Shown here in pieces: positions 9,935 to 18,282 of a DNA stretch of 41,570 bases. Position 1 is the first letter of the stretch. Each line of letters opens with the position of its first letter. A program made the position numbers and the translations under genes. The notes beneath the pieces were generated by a model. That model saw only the letters and a program-made list of their open reading frames with translations, was not told the DNA's origin and searched no databases. This stretch comes from Myxococcota bacterium (GTDB lineage Bacteria; Myxococcota; SpSt-1050), in NCBI GenBank assembly GCA_049969675.1, contig JBMFOP010000012.1:1-41570 (forward strand), read 5' to 3'.

Positions 9935-10331
9935 CAGATTTTCAATATATAATTTCGCATCAATCTTCACTATTATAGTGTTGATAATAAGTTGTACAGA
10001 AAAGGCAAAGACAATCAGTCCATTCCCGGAGAAATTTGCCGGGGTAGGGATTGAGATTGAAAAGGATGGGCGATATGGTAAGGTGATAAAAGTAATTCCT
10101 AATTCACCCGCAGATGAGGCCGGGATAAAGGTAAATGATATTCTTATAGCAGTTGATAACTATAATATATCAGAGCTTAATCTTGCCGAGACTGTAGATA
10201 GAATTCGTGGAGTTCCGAACTCTACTGTTATCTTGACAATTGAATCAAGTAAAGATAAAAGTATAAATGTATTTTCGGTAAAACGTAAGAGGAGTATACT
10301 TACTGAAAAAGGTTATATCTTTGAAGAATAG
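9927..10331 (+). CDS. PDZ-domain lipoprotein
   Basis: Lipobox-like IISC; FAGVGIEI carboxylate loop; SPADEAGIKVND.I.AVD; IRG..NS.V.LTI (CtpA-type PDZ without a protease domain). Confidence 0.85.
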   Translation: MNSRFSIYNFASIFTIIVLIISCTEKAKTISPFPEKFAGVGIEIEKDGRYGKVIKVIPNSPADEAGIKVNDILIAVDNYNISELNLAETVDRIRGVPNSTVILTIESSKDKSINVFSVKRKRSILTEKGYIFEE

Positions 10332-10339
10332 GAAAGAAG

Positions 10340-10804
10340 ATGAAGATTATTACAACTTCTATTGAGAATGACCCTGTTGGATTAAATCTGCTCTCTTCTT
10401 CGGCTATATATTCAGCAATTGAGAAGAGAGATAAGGCGCTTTTTGTAGAAAAGGGATATATTTCTGCCTTTGAGATTGGGGAACATCTCATTAAAGAAGA
10501 TGAGATTGGTGATAAATTCTTTATAATTAAGTCCGGTGAGGTAGAGGTTTATACTGAGAAAGATAAGAAGAGGGTGACACTTGCAATTCTTACTGTGGGT
10601 GCCTGTATCGGTGAAGGCTCACTCATTACAGGATGCCGAAGAACTGCAAATGTGCAGTGTCTTACAGATGTAGATGCGCTTGTCTTCAATTTTTCAGATA
10701 TAGAACCCATAATTGAGAAAAATCCAAAATTAAAGAAACTCCTCATCTCACTCATAGAAAAGAGGGCAGAGTCTACAGCAGAGAAGATTATCTCCTGTAT
10801 ATAG
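10340..10804 (+). CDS. Stand-alone cyclic nucleotide-binding domain protein
   Basis: LIKE.E.GD.FFII.SG.VEV and a phosphate-binding cassette IGEGSLITG.RRTANV; no HTH. Confidence 0.9.
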   Translation: MKIITTSIENDPVGLNLLSSSAIYSAIEKRDKALFVEKGYISAFEIGEHLIKEDEIGDKFFIIKSGEVEVYTEKDKKRVTLAILTVGACIGEGSLITGCRRTANVQCLTDVDALVFNFSDIEPIIEKNPKLKKLLISLIEKRAESTAEKIISCI

Positions 10805-10805
10805 A

Positions 10806-11807
10806 TTAGACCCTCTTCTTTGCCTCTTTTTTGATAAGGGATAAAATCTCTTCAACCGATATCTTCTGTGAAATGGCTTTAAAATTCAAGATGATTCTGT
10901 GATTGAAGACTGCTGGCATTATATCATCAATATCTTCAATCTCTAAGGCTGTCTTGCCCTTTAACAGTGAATGTGTGCGGGCGGCAATTATTAGATGCTG
11001 AATTGCCCTTGGACCGACGCCCCATCTCACAAACTCTTTGATTTCATAAAGAGGATTCTCCAGTGCAGGTCTTGTGAGCCTCCCAATCTCAACCACGTAT
11101 TTGAATAGATGTTCTGGAATGGGAAATTTTCTAATGATGCCCTTAAATTCAAGGAGTTCATCTCTGCCTATTACAGGATTTATTGAAATATCCTCAGAAA
11201 CTGATGTTGACTTTATAATCTTCAACTCCTCATCATATCCGGGGTAGTCCACTTTTATTAACATCAGGAATCTATCTAACTGCGCCTCCGGGAGCGGGTA
11301 AGTCCCTTCCTGCTCAATTGGGTTCTGGGTTGCAAATACTATAAAAGGTCTCTCAAGATTATAGGTCTTCCCTCCAATAGTAACCGCGTACTCCTGCATA
11401 CTCTGGAGCAGGGCTGATTGTGTCTTTGGAGGGGAGCGATTTATCTCATCCGCAAGGAGTATATTTGTAAATACCGGCCCTTTTACAAATATAGTCTCTC
11501 GTCTATTTGTAAGCCTATCTTCCTGCAACATCTCCATCCCGATTATATCAGATGGCATAAGATCCGGTGTAAATTGAATCCTTGAATATGAGAGTGAGAG
11601 GGCCTTTGCTGTTGTGCTGATTAGTGTGGTCTTTGCAAGACCGGGAACTCCCATAATAATACTATGTCCATCCGAAAAGAGAGACACCAATAGCAGGTCT
11701 ATCATCTTATCCTGTCCAATGACAACCTTTTGTATTTCTTTCTTAATCTTGTTATAGGTCTCCTTAAATTTCTGAATCTTACTTAAATCAGTTGCCTCAT
11801 TTAACAT
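10806..11807 (-). CDS. MoxR-family AAA+ ATPase
   Basis: GVPGLAKT, RIQFTPDLMPSD, LADEINR.PPKTQSALL, ATQNPIEQEGTYPLPEAQLDRF. Confidence 0.95.
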   Translation of the reverse strand: MLNEATDLSKIQKFKETYNKIKKEIQKVVIGQDKMIDLLLVSLFSDGHSIIMGVPGLAKTTLISTTAKALSLSYSRIQFTPDLMPSDIIGMEMLQEDRLTNRRETIFVKGPVFTNILLADEINRSPPKTQSALLQSMQEYAVTIGGKTYNLERPFIVFATQNPIEQEGTYPLPEAQLDRFLMLIKVDYPGYDEELKIIKSTSVSEDISINPVIGRDELLEFKGIIRKFPIPEHLFKYVVEIGRLTRPALENPLYEIKEFVRWGVGPRAIQHLIIAARTHSLLKGKTALEIEDIDDIMPAVFNHRIILNFKAISQKISVEEILSLIKKEAKKRV

Positions 11808-11811
11808 AAAC

Positions 11812-12015
11812 TTATCCCTTGAGCCTTATCAATCTCTTCTTCCCCTCCTGATAAAATTCAATCTTGTCCTCTCTTGCGAGCCACCCAACTGCCATCACGG
11901 CTGTTGTCTGCTCAACTCTGGTGTTGTTGATAATCTCTTTGAGTGTGAGTGATCCCTTCTCTTTGAGTAAATTGTAGATATCGCCTGCTGTAAATCCAAT
12001 CTCTGTCTTTAACAT
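11812..12015 (-). CDS. Small winged-helix protein (DUF2582 type)
   Basis: IG.TAG.IY..L and MAVGWLAREDKI signature; AGGAGG RBS. Confidence 0.85.
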   Translation of the reverse strand: MLKTEIGFTAGDIYNLLKEKGSLTLKEIINNTRVEQTTAVMAVGWLAREDKIEFYQEGKKRLIRLKG

Positions 12016-12040
12016 CTTAACAACCTCCTTTCTATAAATG

Positions 12041-12068
12041 CTTATATCCTTAGATTTTATTATGTCAA
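12041..12068 (-). promoter_or_regulatory. Putative sigma70 promoter for the wHTH-moxR operon
   Basis: Minus strand TTGACA-16 nt-TATAAG upstream of the RBS. Confidence 0.45.
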
Positions 12069-12283
12069 GTGAGAAAAGGCATTAACCTAACGGGGAATAC
12101 GAGTATTCATCAAGTTTGAAATATGATTACCTTATTATGGTATAAAAGTGAAGGAACGGGCACAGCAAAAGAGGCAAAATATAATTGAAAATTTTTTATA
12201 TTTTTTTCTTTACATAAATAATTTCTGGTTGTAGAAGGAAACGCATTATTTTTTGGTAACTATTTTCGGAAAGGAGAATAGCA

Positions 12284-13864
12284 ATGAAGAAGATTTTGGC
12301 ATTAAGTTTGGTAGTATTGACTTTTATGGTATTTGCCTGTACACAGCAGGGCGGGAGTAATGTCAGGAAGGTGGTTGATAAGCCTGCAGTCTTTGAAATG
12401 TATATTATGTCTCAATGCCCTTATGGGGTTCAGGTGGTAAATGAGATCGCCTCTGTGGTTGAAAAGCTTGGTCCAAATATGGACCTAAAGATCAACTATA
12501 TAGGCAATAAGACTCCAGATGGAAACTTCTCCTCAATGCACGGCGACAATGAGGTCAAGGGTGATATGATTCAACTCTGTGCTATGAAGTATTATCCCAA
12601 AAACTATCTCAAGTTTATGGTATGTCAGAACAAGAATTACAGAGATGTTGCTACAAATTGGGAGGCATGTGCAAAGGAAAACGGTATGAATACCTCAAAA
12701 CTTAAGAGCTGTTTTGAAGGGAAAGAGGGGAAAGACCTCCTTGCAAAGTCCTTTGATGAGGCAAATAAGAAGGGTGCCAGAGGTTCACCGACGATGTTCT
12801 TAAATGGTCAGCCATATAATGGTGGGAGAAAGGCAAAGAACTTCTTGAAGGCAATATGTGATACCTATCAGGGTAAAAAACCAGAGAACTGTAATAATGT
12901 GCCAGTTGCTCCCAAGGTTGATGCAATATTCTTCAGTGATAAAAGATGTCCGGATTGTAATATTGAGAGGCTTGAGGGTAGAATTAAGAGTGATGTTGAG
13001 GGGCTCACAGTCAAGAAGGTGGATTATATGACAGATGAGGGTAAAGCCCTTTATAAAGAACTGGTTGCGCTTAGCCCTGATATGAAAAACCTGCCGATAA
13101 TACTCTTTACCAAGTCCCTTGATGCTGATAAGGATGGTAAGGAGGCGCTCAGCAGATGGCTCAGACCTGTGGGTGATAAGTATTATTCTCTGGCAATAGG
13201 TGGTTCGTTTGACCCAACCGCAGAAATCTGTGATAATAAGATTGATGACGACGGAAATGGTAAGGTGGACTGTGATGATGAAGGATGTAAAAGTAAACTG
13301 GTATGTCGTGCCGAGACACCAAAGACACTTGATGTATTTGTGATGTCTCAATGCCCCTATGGAGCAAAGGCGCTCATTGCAATGAAAGAGGTACTGGACA
13401 ATTTCAAGGGTGATATAAAGTTTAACATACATTACATAGGTGATGACAACAATGGGAATCTGAGCTCAATGCACGGGCAGAGTGAGGTAGAGGAGGATAT
13501 CAGAGAGCTTTGTGCAATTAAGCATTATTCCAAAGACTATAAATATATGGAATATATCGCTTGCAGAAGCAAGGACTACAGAAATAACGACTGGAAAGCC
13601 TGTGCAACGAATGGTATAGATGCAGCAGTTATTCAGAAGTGCTTTGACAAAGAGGGGAAGGAGCTCTTAAAGAAGAGCTTTGAGGAATCAAAAGCAGCAG
13701 GTATGAGTGCAAGTCCAACATTCCTTGCCAACAATAAATATCAGTTTGGTGGGATTGACGCGGAGACAATAAAGAGTAATTACTGCAAATATAATCCAGG
13801 TCTGTCCGGTTGTGCAAATAAGCTCTCTCAGGACCAGAAGGTTCAGGGCTCCTGCGGCAAATAG
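12284..13864 (+). CDS. Multi-domain thioredoxin-fold lipoprotein with two GILT-like domains, a central CPDC domain and a myxobacterial Cys/Asp repeat
   Basis: Lipobox VFAC; two copies of MSQCPYG...SSMHG..EV..D...LCA.K.Y...SPT...N; DKRCPDC; EICDNKIDDDGNGKVDCDD. Confidence 0.75.
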   Translation: MKKILALSLVVLTFMVFACTQQGGSNVRKVVDKPAVFEMYIMSQCPYGVQVVNEIASVVEKLGPNMDLKINYIGNKTPDGNFSSMHGDNEVKGDMIQLCAMKYYPKNYLKFMVCQNKNYRDVATNWEACAKENGMNTSKLKSCFEGKEGKDLLAKSFDEANKKGARGSPTMFLNGQPYNGGRKAKNFLKAICDTYQGKKPENCNNVPVAPKVDAIFFSDKRCPDCNIERLEGRIKSDVEGLTVKKVDYMTDEGKALYKELVALSPDMKNLPIILFTKSLDADKDGKEALSRWLRPVGDKYYSLAIGGSFDPTAEICDNKIDDDGNGKVDCDDEGCKSKLVCRAETPKTLDVFVMSQCPYGAKALIAMKEVLDNFKGDIKFNIHYIGDDNNGNLSSMHGQSEVEEDIRELCAIKHYSKDYKYMEYIACRSKDYRNNDWKACATNGIDAAVIQKCFDKEGKELLKKSFEESKAAGMSASPTFLANNKYQFGGIDAETIKSNYCKYNPGLSGCANKLSQDQKVQGSCGK

Positions 13865-13894
13865 TTTCATATTAAAATAAATCATAATTCATAT

Positions 13895-13923
13895 GAGCGG
13901 CTGATAATAGCCGCTCTTTTTTT
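13895..13923 (+). terminator. Rho-independent terminator
   Basis: GAGCGGCT-GATAAT-AGCCGCTC followed by 7 T, about 30 nt after the stop of the thioredoxin-fold lipoprotein. Confidence 0.9.
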
Positions 13924-13988
13924 ATCCTCAGTTTATAAATTTGCAGATTTAAATAAATTGTGCAATATAACTAACAATTCCGTCTTTT

Positions 13989-15407
13989 ATGAGATTTAAA
14001 TTGATAAAAGATTCAGTAAGACTCAGGATCCTCCTTGCAACATTAATACCTGTTGTTTTTATCTTTATTACTCTGATTCCAATCTCATACTATTTTCTTA
14101 AGGCTGGTTTTGATAGGGAAATTGAAGAAAGGCTAATATCAGTGGCGAGTCTTATAACTTTAACACCAAACATTGAATATGCAATAGATTTGAAGGAGGG
14201 AGATGAGGGACTTATATCTTATAATTATCTGGTCTCCAAACTAAAATCTATGAAGGAGATGGCATTACTTAAATCTGTCTTTATATTTGATAGAGATGGA
14301 AGATTGCTTGTCTCCTCTGAGGGAGAGAAGATTGGAAAGAAGGTTATTAGACTTGAGATTGACAGATTTGAGATTGAGAAGGCATTTAATAATCTTAAAA
14401 GTTCTTCAGTACTCTTCAGAGGTGAGGATGGGACTTATTATAAGAATGCGTATGTACCTGTGATTTTTGAAAACGGTAAGGTGATGGCAGTTTTAGGGGT
14501 CAGTGCCTCTGTATCATACTTTGAGACACTCAATAGTATAAGGAATGGGATAGTATTAATTATAGTCTTCTCGCTTGGTTTGATAATTCTGATAATAACA
14601 ATCGTTTCAAGAGGCATCTCACTTCCTATCTCAGATATGATAGAACAGGCAAAGGAGATTGCAAGGGGCAGATTTGAAAAGAGCCTCAGGACAAAGACTT
14701 ATGGTGAACTTGCAATCCTTGTAGATACATTGGAGATGATGCGAGATAGGATAATGAATAGGGATAAAGAGATGCAGATGATGCTCTCCGGAATCGCTCA
14801 CGAAATAAGAAATCCCCTTGGCGGGATGCAGATAATGATAGACCTGCTCTCAGAAAAGTATAAGGATGATAGTGAGGCGACCAACCTTATTAATCAGGTG
14901 AATTCAGAACTAAAATATCTAAATAATGTGGTGACCTCATTTTTGAAGTATTCAAGAAATATCAGTATAGAGAAGCAGAAAGTCAATCTTGAATCTGTAA
15001 TCAATGAAGTTGTTGAAAACCTTTCCTATGAAATAGAAAAGAGAGGTATTGTCATTTTAAAGGAGTTGCAGGAGATTGAGATTATGTCCGATTATGATAT
15101 ATTAAGACAGATCTTTACAAATATTTTACTCAATGCAATTCAGGCTATTGAAAATAGTGGCTGGATTGAAATAAAGATAAGTTGTGATAAGAAGATGGCA
15201 GTTGTAACTTTTAAAGACAATGGGAGCGGGATTAAACCAGAGGACTTAAATATGGTATTCAGGCCCTTTTTTACAACAAAAGAGAAGGGTAGTGGGCTGG
15301 GACTTGCACTTGTTAAGAGGTATCTCCTTCACCTTGGAGGAGATATTCAGATAGAGAGTGAATATCTTAAAGGTTGCGAAGTTAGAATCTACCTGCCTCT
15401 ACTCTGA
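13989..15407 (+). CDS. Membrane sensor histidine kinase (Cache-like sensor, HAMP, HisKA, HATPase)
   Basis: Two TM segments; IAHEIRNPL H-box; NILLNAIQA N-box; DNGSGI, FRPFFTTK, GSGLGL. Confidence 0.95.
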   Translation: MRFKLIKDSVRLRILLATLIPVVFIFITLIPISYYFLKAGFDREIEERLISVASLITLTPNIEYAIDLKEGDEGLISYNYLVSKLKSMKEMALLKSVFIFDRDGRLLVSSEGEKIGKKVIRLEIDRFEIEKAFNNLKSSSVLFRGEDGTYYKNAYVPVIFENGKVMAVLGVSASVSYFETLNSIRNGIVLIIVFSLGLIILIITIVSRGISLPISDMIEQAKEIARGRFEKSLRTKTYGELAILVDTLEMMRDRIMNRDKEMQMMLSGIAHEIRNPLGGMQIMIDLLSEKYKDDSEATNLINQVNSELKYLNNVVTSFLKYSRNISIEKQKVNLESVINEVVENLSYEIEKRGIVILKELQEIEIMSDYDILRQIFTNILLNAIQAIENSGWIEIKISCDKKMAVVTFKDNGSGIKPEDLNMVFRPFFTTKEKGSGLGLALVKRYLLHLGGDIQIESEYLKGCEVRIYLPLL

Positions 15408-15973
15408 GAATCTTCAGGTTTGATAAAATCAATTAGTTCAAAATATCCCTGTGGCTCCCAGTCTTTTTTATTTTTCAGGATATATGTTGAGAAGTTAATC
15501 ATTCCGATATCGGGTGCATATATCCATTCCGCTACCATATCTTTTGTGGCATCAATTCTATTTGTGGATCGCACCTTAATGCAATTCTTTATTATGTCGT
15601 TCTTATATTTTGCCTTGATATCCGTCTGTATTATCTCATAGTATTCTGTGCTTCTGGCAGAGAGTATGGATAACCATTTGTTCCCTTTCCTGATCGGGCT
15701 TTTGATGAGATACCTCTTGTTATCTCTGAGTCCTTCTTCGTCGTGCATTAGCATAGCACCGGTATTGTCAACAAAGTAAGAACCCTCTTTCTTCTCAATC
15801 GTAATCTTCTTCTCTACTGGCTGTCCAAGAAATTTACCTTTGTATATCCATGTGTATCCTATCCCGAGTGGATAATATCTCTCTGTCTCTTTACTCTGTC
15901 TGTCTTTTGCAAAAAGGGGATTATTTTGAAGTAATAGTATGATCAGGAGTGTTAATCCTTTTTTCAAGTGCAT
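15389..15973 (-). CDS. Hypothetical secreted beta-rich protein
   Basis: Signal peptide; YYPL..G..W.Y start and W.YAPDIGMI end, as in DUF3108-like/LolA-fold proteins; AGGAGG RBS inside the upstream gene. Confidence 0.65.
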   Translation of the reverse strand: MHLKKGLTLLIILLLQNNPLFAKDRQSKETERYYPLGIGYTWIYKGKFLGQPVEKKITIEKKEGSYFVDNTGAMLMHDEEGLRDNKRYLIKSPIRKGNKWLSILSARSTEYYEIIQTDIKAKYKNDIIKNCIKVRSTNRIDATKDMVAEWIYAPDIGMINFSTYILKNKKDWEPQGYFELIDFIKPEDSQSRGR

Positions 15974-16817
15974 CTCTGACCTCCTTTGCGTGTTCTCTTA
16001 TATTCTTATTTGTGCTACCTGTGGATAGTGTAAATATGTAGGCCCGGGATATTTCATTATTAAGTTTTGCAAGGATAGAGATTGTATGCATCTGAATATG
16101 TGCCTCTTTCCCTATGGAGTAATTTATTAATGCCTCAGCCAGATTAGATTTCCGTTCTTCTGAGAGATTAAACTTTGAAAAGTCAGCAGAGGAGAGGATA
16201 CCAAGAATCTTCTCCCCATATTGTTTGTTATCTTTGAGAAAGATAGAGTATAAAAATTTCCAGATACCTTCATAATTGACAATAAGCCCTGAAGAAAGCC
16301 TTGACCCGATTTCATCAATTATGGTCTCCTTTTGCCATCTGGTAAGCCTTTTATCTTCAAAGAGTTTAAATAATTCCTCTTCTTTATATTTTCTAATAGA
16401 GCATTGATAGTCAAGTTTTAGTAGGGCATTATATAGTAATGTATTTATCTGAGAATGGGTATCTTGTACATCTGGTTCTGATAAAGATGAGCTCTCAGAT
16501 TGAAATATTTGAATACTATTATCTTTAAGTGTGGCAGTTAGTGTAAGATTGACGCTATAGCGATTCTTTATCTTGTTTTTATCCTTTGATACAGTCATCT
16601 CACTTACTGTTATCTTGAGTGTTGAATTTGAGTTATCCGTACTTTTAATCCCTATATTTTTGGTCTTTTTAATGAGTTTCTCAGCCATTTCTGAGAGATT
16701 TAAATCTTTGTTGGTGGTGGTCTCATCTACTACAAATATTTTGCCAACACTATATTCCTTTGAACATCCAGATGCCGTCAATATTAAAATAATGGATATT
16801 AAATATTTTATCTTCAT
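15921..16817 (-). CDS. Hypothetical lipoprotein with helical (HEAT-like) C-terminus
   Basis: Lipobox ASGC after a hydrophobic stretch; 298-aa ORF in an operon. Confidence 0.7.
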   Translation of the reverse strand: MKIKYLISIILILTASGCSKEYSVGKIFVVDETTTNKDLNLSEMAEKLIKKTKNIGIKSTDNSNSTLKITVSEMTVSKDKNKIKNRYSVNLTLTATLKDNSIQIFQSESSSLSEPDVQDTHSQINTLLYNALLKLDYQCSIRKYKEEELFKLFEDKRLTRWQKETIIDEIGSRLSSGLIVNYEGIWKFLYSIFLKDNKQYGEKILGILSSADFSKFNLSEERKSNLAEALINYSIGKEAHIQMHTISILAKLNNEISRAYIFTLSTGSTNKNIREHAKEVRDALEKRINTPDHTITSK

Positions 16818-16824
16818 AAAGTTC

Positions 16825-17463
16825 CTATATCTGTTTAAAACTTTCTCTTATTAAATCATATAATTCAATAGAGACCTTCCTGATATCATATTTTTTTGAT
16901 GTTTCAAGAGAAACTGAGGTCATCTGGCAATTTTGCATTGAACAGGGGAGGATAAATTGAAAGCCTTTTGGGATAGAATTTATATTGAGTGCGAAGCCAT
17001 GATATGTGATATGGTTGTCAAGTTTCAGTCCGAGTGAAAGGATCTTCTTCCCATTTACATAGAGTCCCGGGTGCTTTGAATCAAAAGATGAGATTATTCC
17101 CTCTTTTCTTAACCATAAGATAAAACTATTACAGATTATATCAATGAATTGCCTGACATTAAGTCTTAATCTATTTAAATCAAAGATGGTGTATATTACA
17201 AGTTGTCCGGGTCCGTGTGCTGTAAGACTCCCACCTCTATCTGTATCAATTATCTGAATATTCTCCGAATCAAGGATTCTCTTATCTACCAGAATCTCAT
17301 TCTCCTTTGCCCTGATTCCCTTTGTAATTACATCATTATGTTCGAGAAAAATTAGATAGTTCTTCCTCTCTCCATATTTTATTTCATTTACTTTATCTAT
17401 TTGAAATTTAAGAGCCTTTATGTAATCAATCTTATCAAGAAAGAGATATTCTATCTCCGACAC
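16825..17463 (-). CDS. lipB: Lipoyl(octanoyl) transferase
   Basis: LEH..V.T.G, DRGG..T.HGPGQLVIY, KKI.S.G, TYHGFALN, ILPC. Confidence 0.92.
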   Translation of the reverse strand: MSEIEYLFLDKIDYIKALKFQIDKVNEIKYGERKNYLIFLEHNDVITKGIRAKENEILVDKRILDSENIQIIDTDRGGSLTAHGPGQLVIYTIFDLNRLRLNVRQFIDIICNSFILWLRKEGIISSFDSKHPGLYVNGKKILSLGLKLDNHITYHGFALNINSIPKGFQFILPCSMQNCQMTSVSLETSKKYDIRKVSIELYDLIRESFKQI

Positions 17464-17466
17464 TGC

Positions 17467-18198
17467 CTATAATCCCATTTCTAAACGTCTGGCAAATGCC
17501 TGTGGTAGTCCAGCCGCCTTAATTTTATCTGATGCCTTTTGAACATCATATTCAACTCTTCTTATCTCAAACGACCGTATCTCAGTATCATATATTCCAT
17601 ACCCAGCCCTCGGGTCGTAGTCGCGCGGCTGCCCAACTGAACCAGCAGAGATTATATATTTGTAGTTCTTTCTTAAACCAAATTTTTGAGCAAGTACATC
17701 ATTTACTTCATTCTCAATATATGCAAATGTCTTAAAGAGATGCGAGTGTCCTATAAGTGTGAGAGGAGATAGTTTATCAAAGTATGGGATTATGGTCCTT
17801 GCCTGTTCTATGGAGAAGATATATTCAAAACTCTGTGCGTCGACAGGCGAGCCATGGCATAGCATAATTCCATCAAATTCAACAAAGTAAGGTAATTTTT
17901 TCAGATATTCTTTACAGGCATCATTGAGCTGGGTCTTTGTCCAGTCAAGCACCGTATGTGCCGCATCATAATAATAAGAATAATCCATTCTATCAATAAT
18001 CGCCGCATCATGATTACCTATTACACATATATCACATACAGACATTATGATTTCACAACACTCTCTGGGACTTGCCCCATATCCAACAATGTCGCCGAGG
18101 CAGACAATCTTATCCACTCTATCCGTTTCAAGACTTCGCAATACCGCCTCAAGGGCTTCAAGATTTGCGTGAATATCTGAAATGACTCCAATCTTCAT
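17467..18198 (-). CDS. Calcineurin-like metallophosphoesterase (predicted Ser/Thr phosphatase or Ap4A hydrolase type)
   Basis: SDIHAN, GDIVGYG, GNHD, HGSP, GHSH, GSVGQPRD. Start moved to ATG 18198 (GAGGA RBS) because the 18216 ATG lies only 2 nt after a -10 box. Confidence 0.9.
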   Translation of the reverse strand: MKIGVISDIHANLEALEAVLRSLETDRVDKIVCLGDIVGYGASPRECCEIIMSVCDICVIGNHDAAIIDRMDYSYYYDAAHTVLDWTKTQLNDACKEYLKKLPYFVEFDGIMLCHGSPVDAQSFEYIFSIEQARTIIPYFDKLSPLTLIGHSHLFKTFAYIENEVNDVLAQKFGLRKNYKYIISAGSVGQPRDYDPRAGYGIYDTEIRSFEIRRVEYDVQKASDKIKAAGLPQAFARRLEMGL

Positions 18199-18218
18199 AC
18201 AATCCTCACAGGACACAT

Positions 18219-18248
18219 AAATTTTATGAGATATTTAATTAATGTCAA
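18219..18248 (-). promoter_or_regulatory. Putative sigma70 promoter for the phosphoesterase-lipB operon
   Basis: Minus strand TTGACA-16 nt-TAAAAT. Confidence 0.5.
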
Positions 18249-18282
18249 ATAAATAGCGGTAAATTTCCATCATAAACATATT

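Noticed and set aside
12070..12283. Possible GEMM-I (c-di-GMP/cGAMP) riboswitch or attC site in the long intergenic region
   Set aside because: GGCAAA...GAAA is present but without the following GACGCAAA/P3 elements; ACCTAAC has no matching GTTRRRY arm; only a small GAATAC-GA-GTATTC palindrome is seen. An Infernal/Rfam scan would be decisive.
12800..13432. 210-aa antisense ORF
   Set aside because: Lies wholly opposite the thioredoxin-fold lipoprotein and has no recognisable motifs; treated as a shadow ORF.
13989..15407. Orphan histidine kinase as the cognate activator of the REC-GGDEF protein
   Set aside because: It is about 16 kb away with no sequence evidence of pairing; orphan kinases are common in this group.
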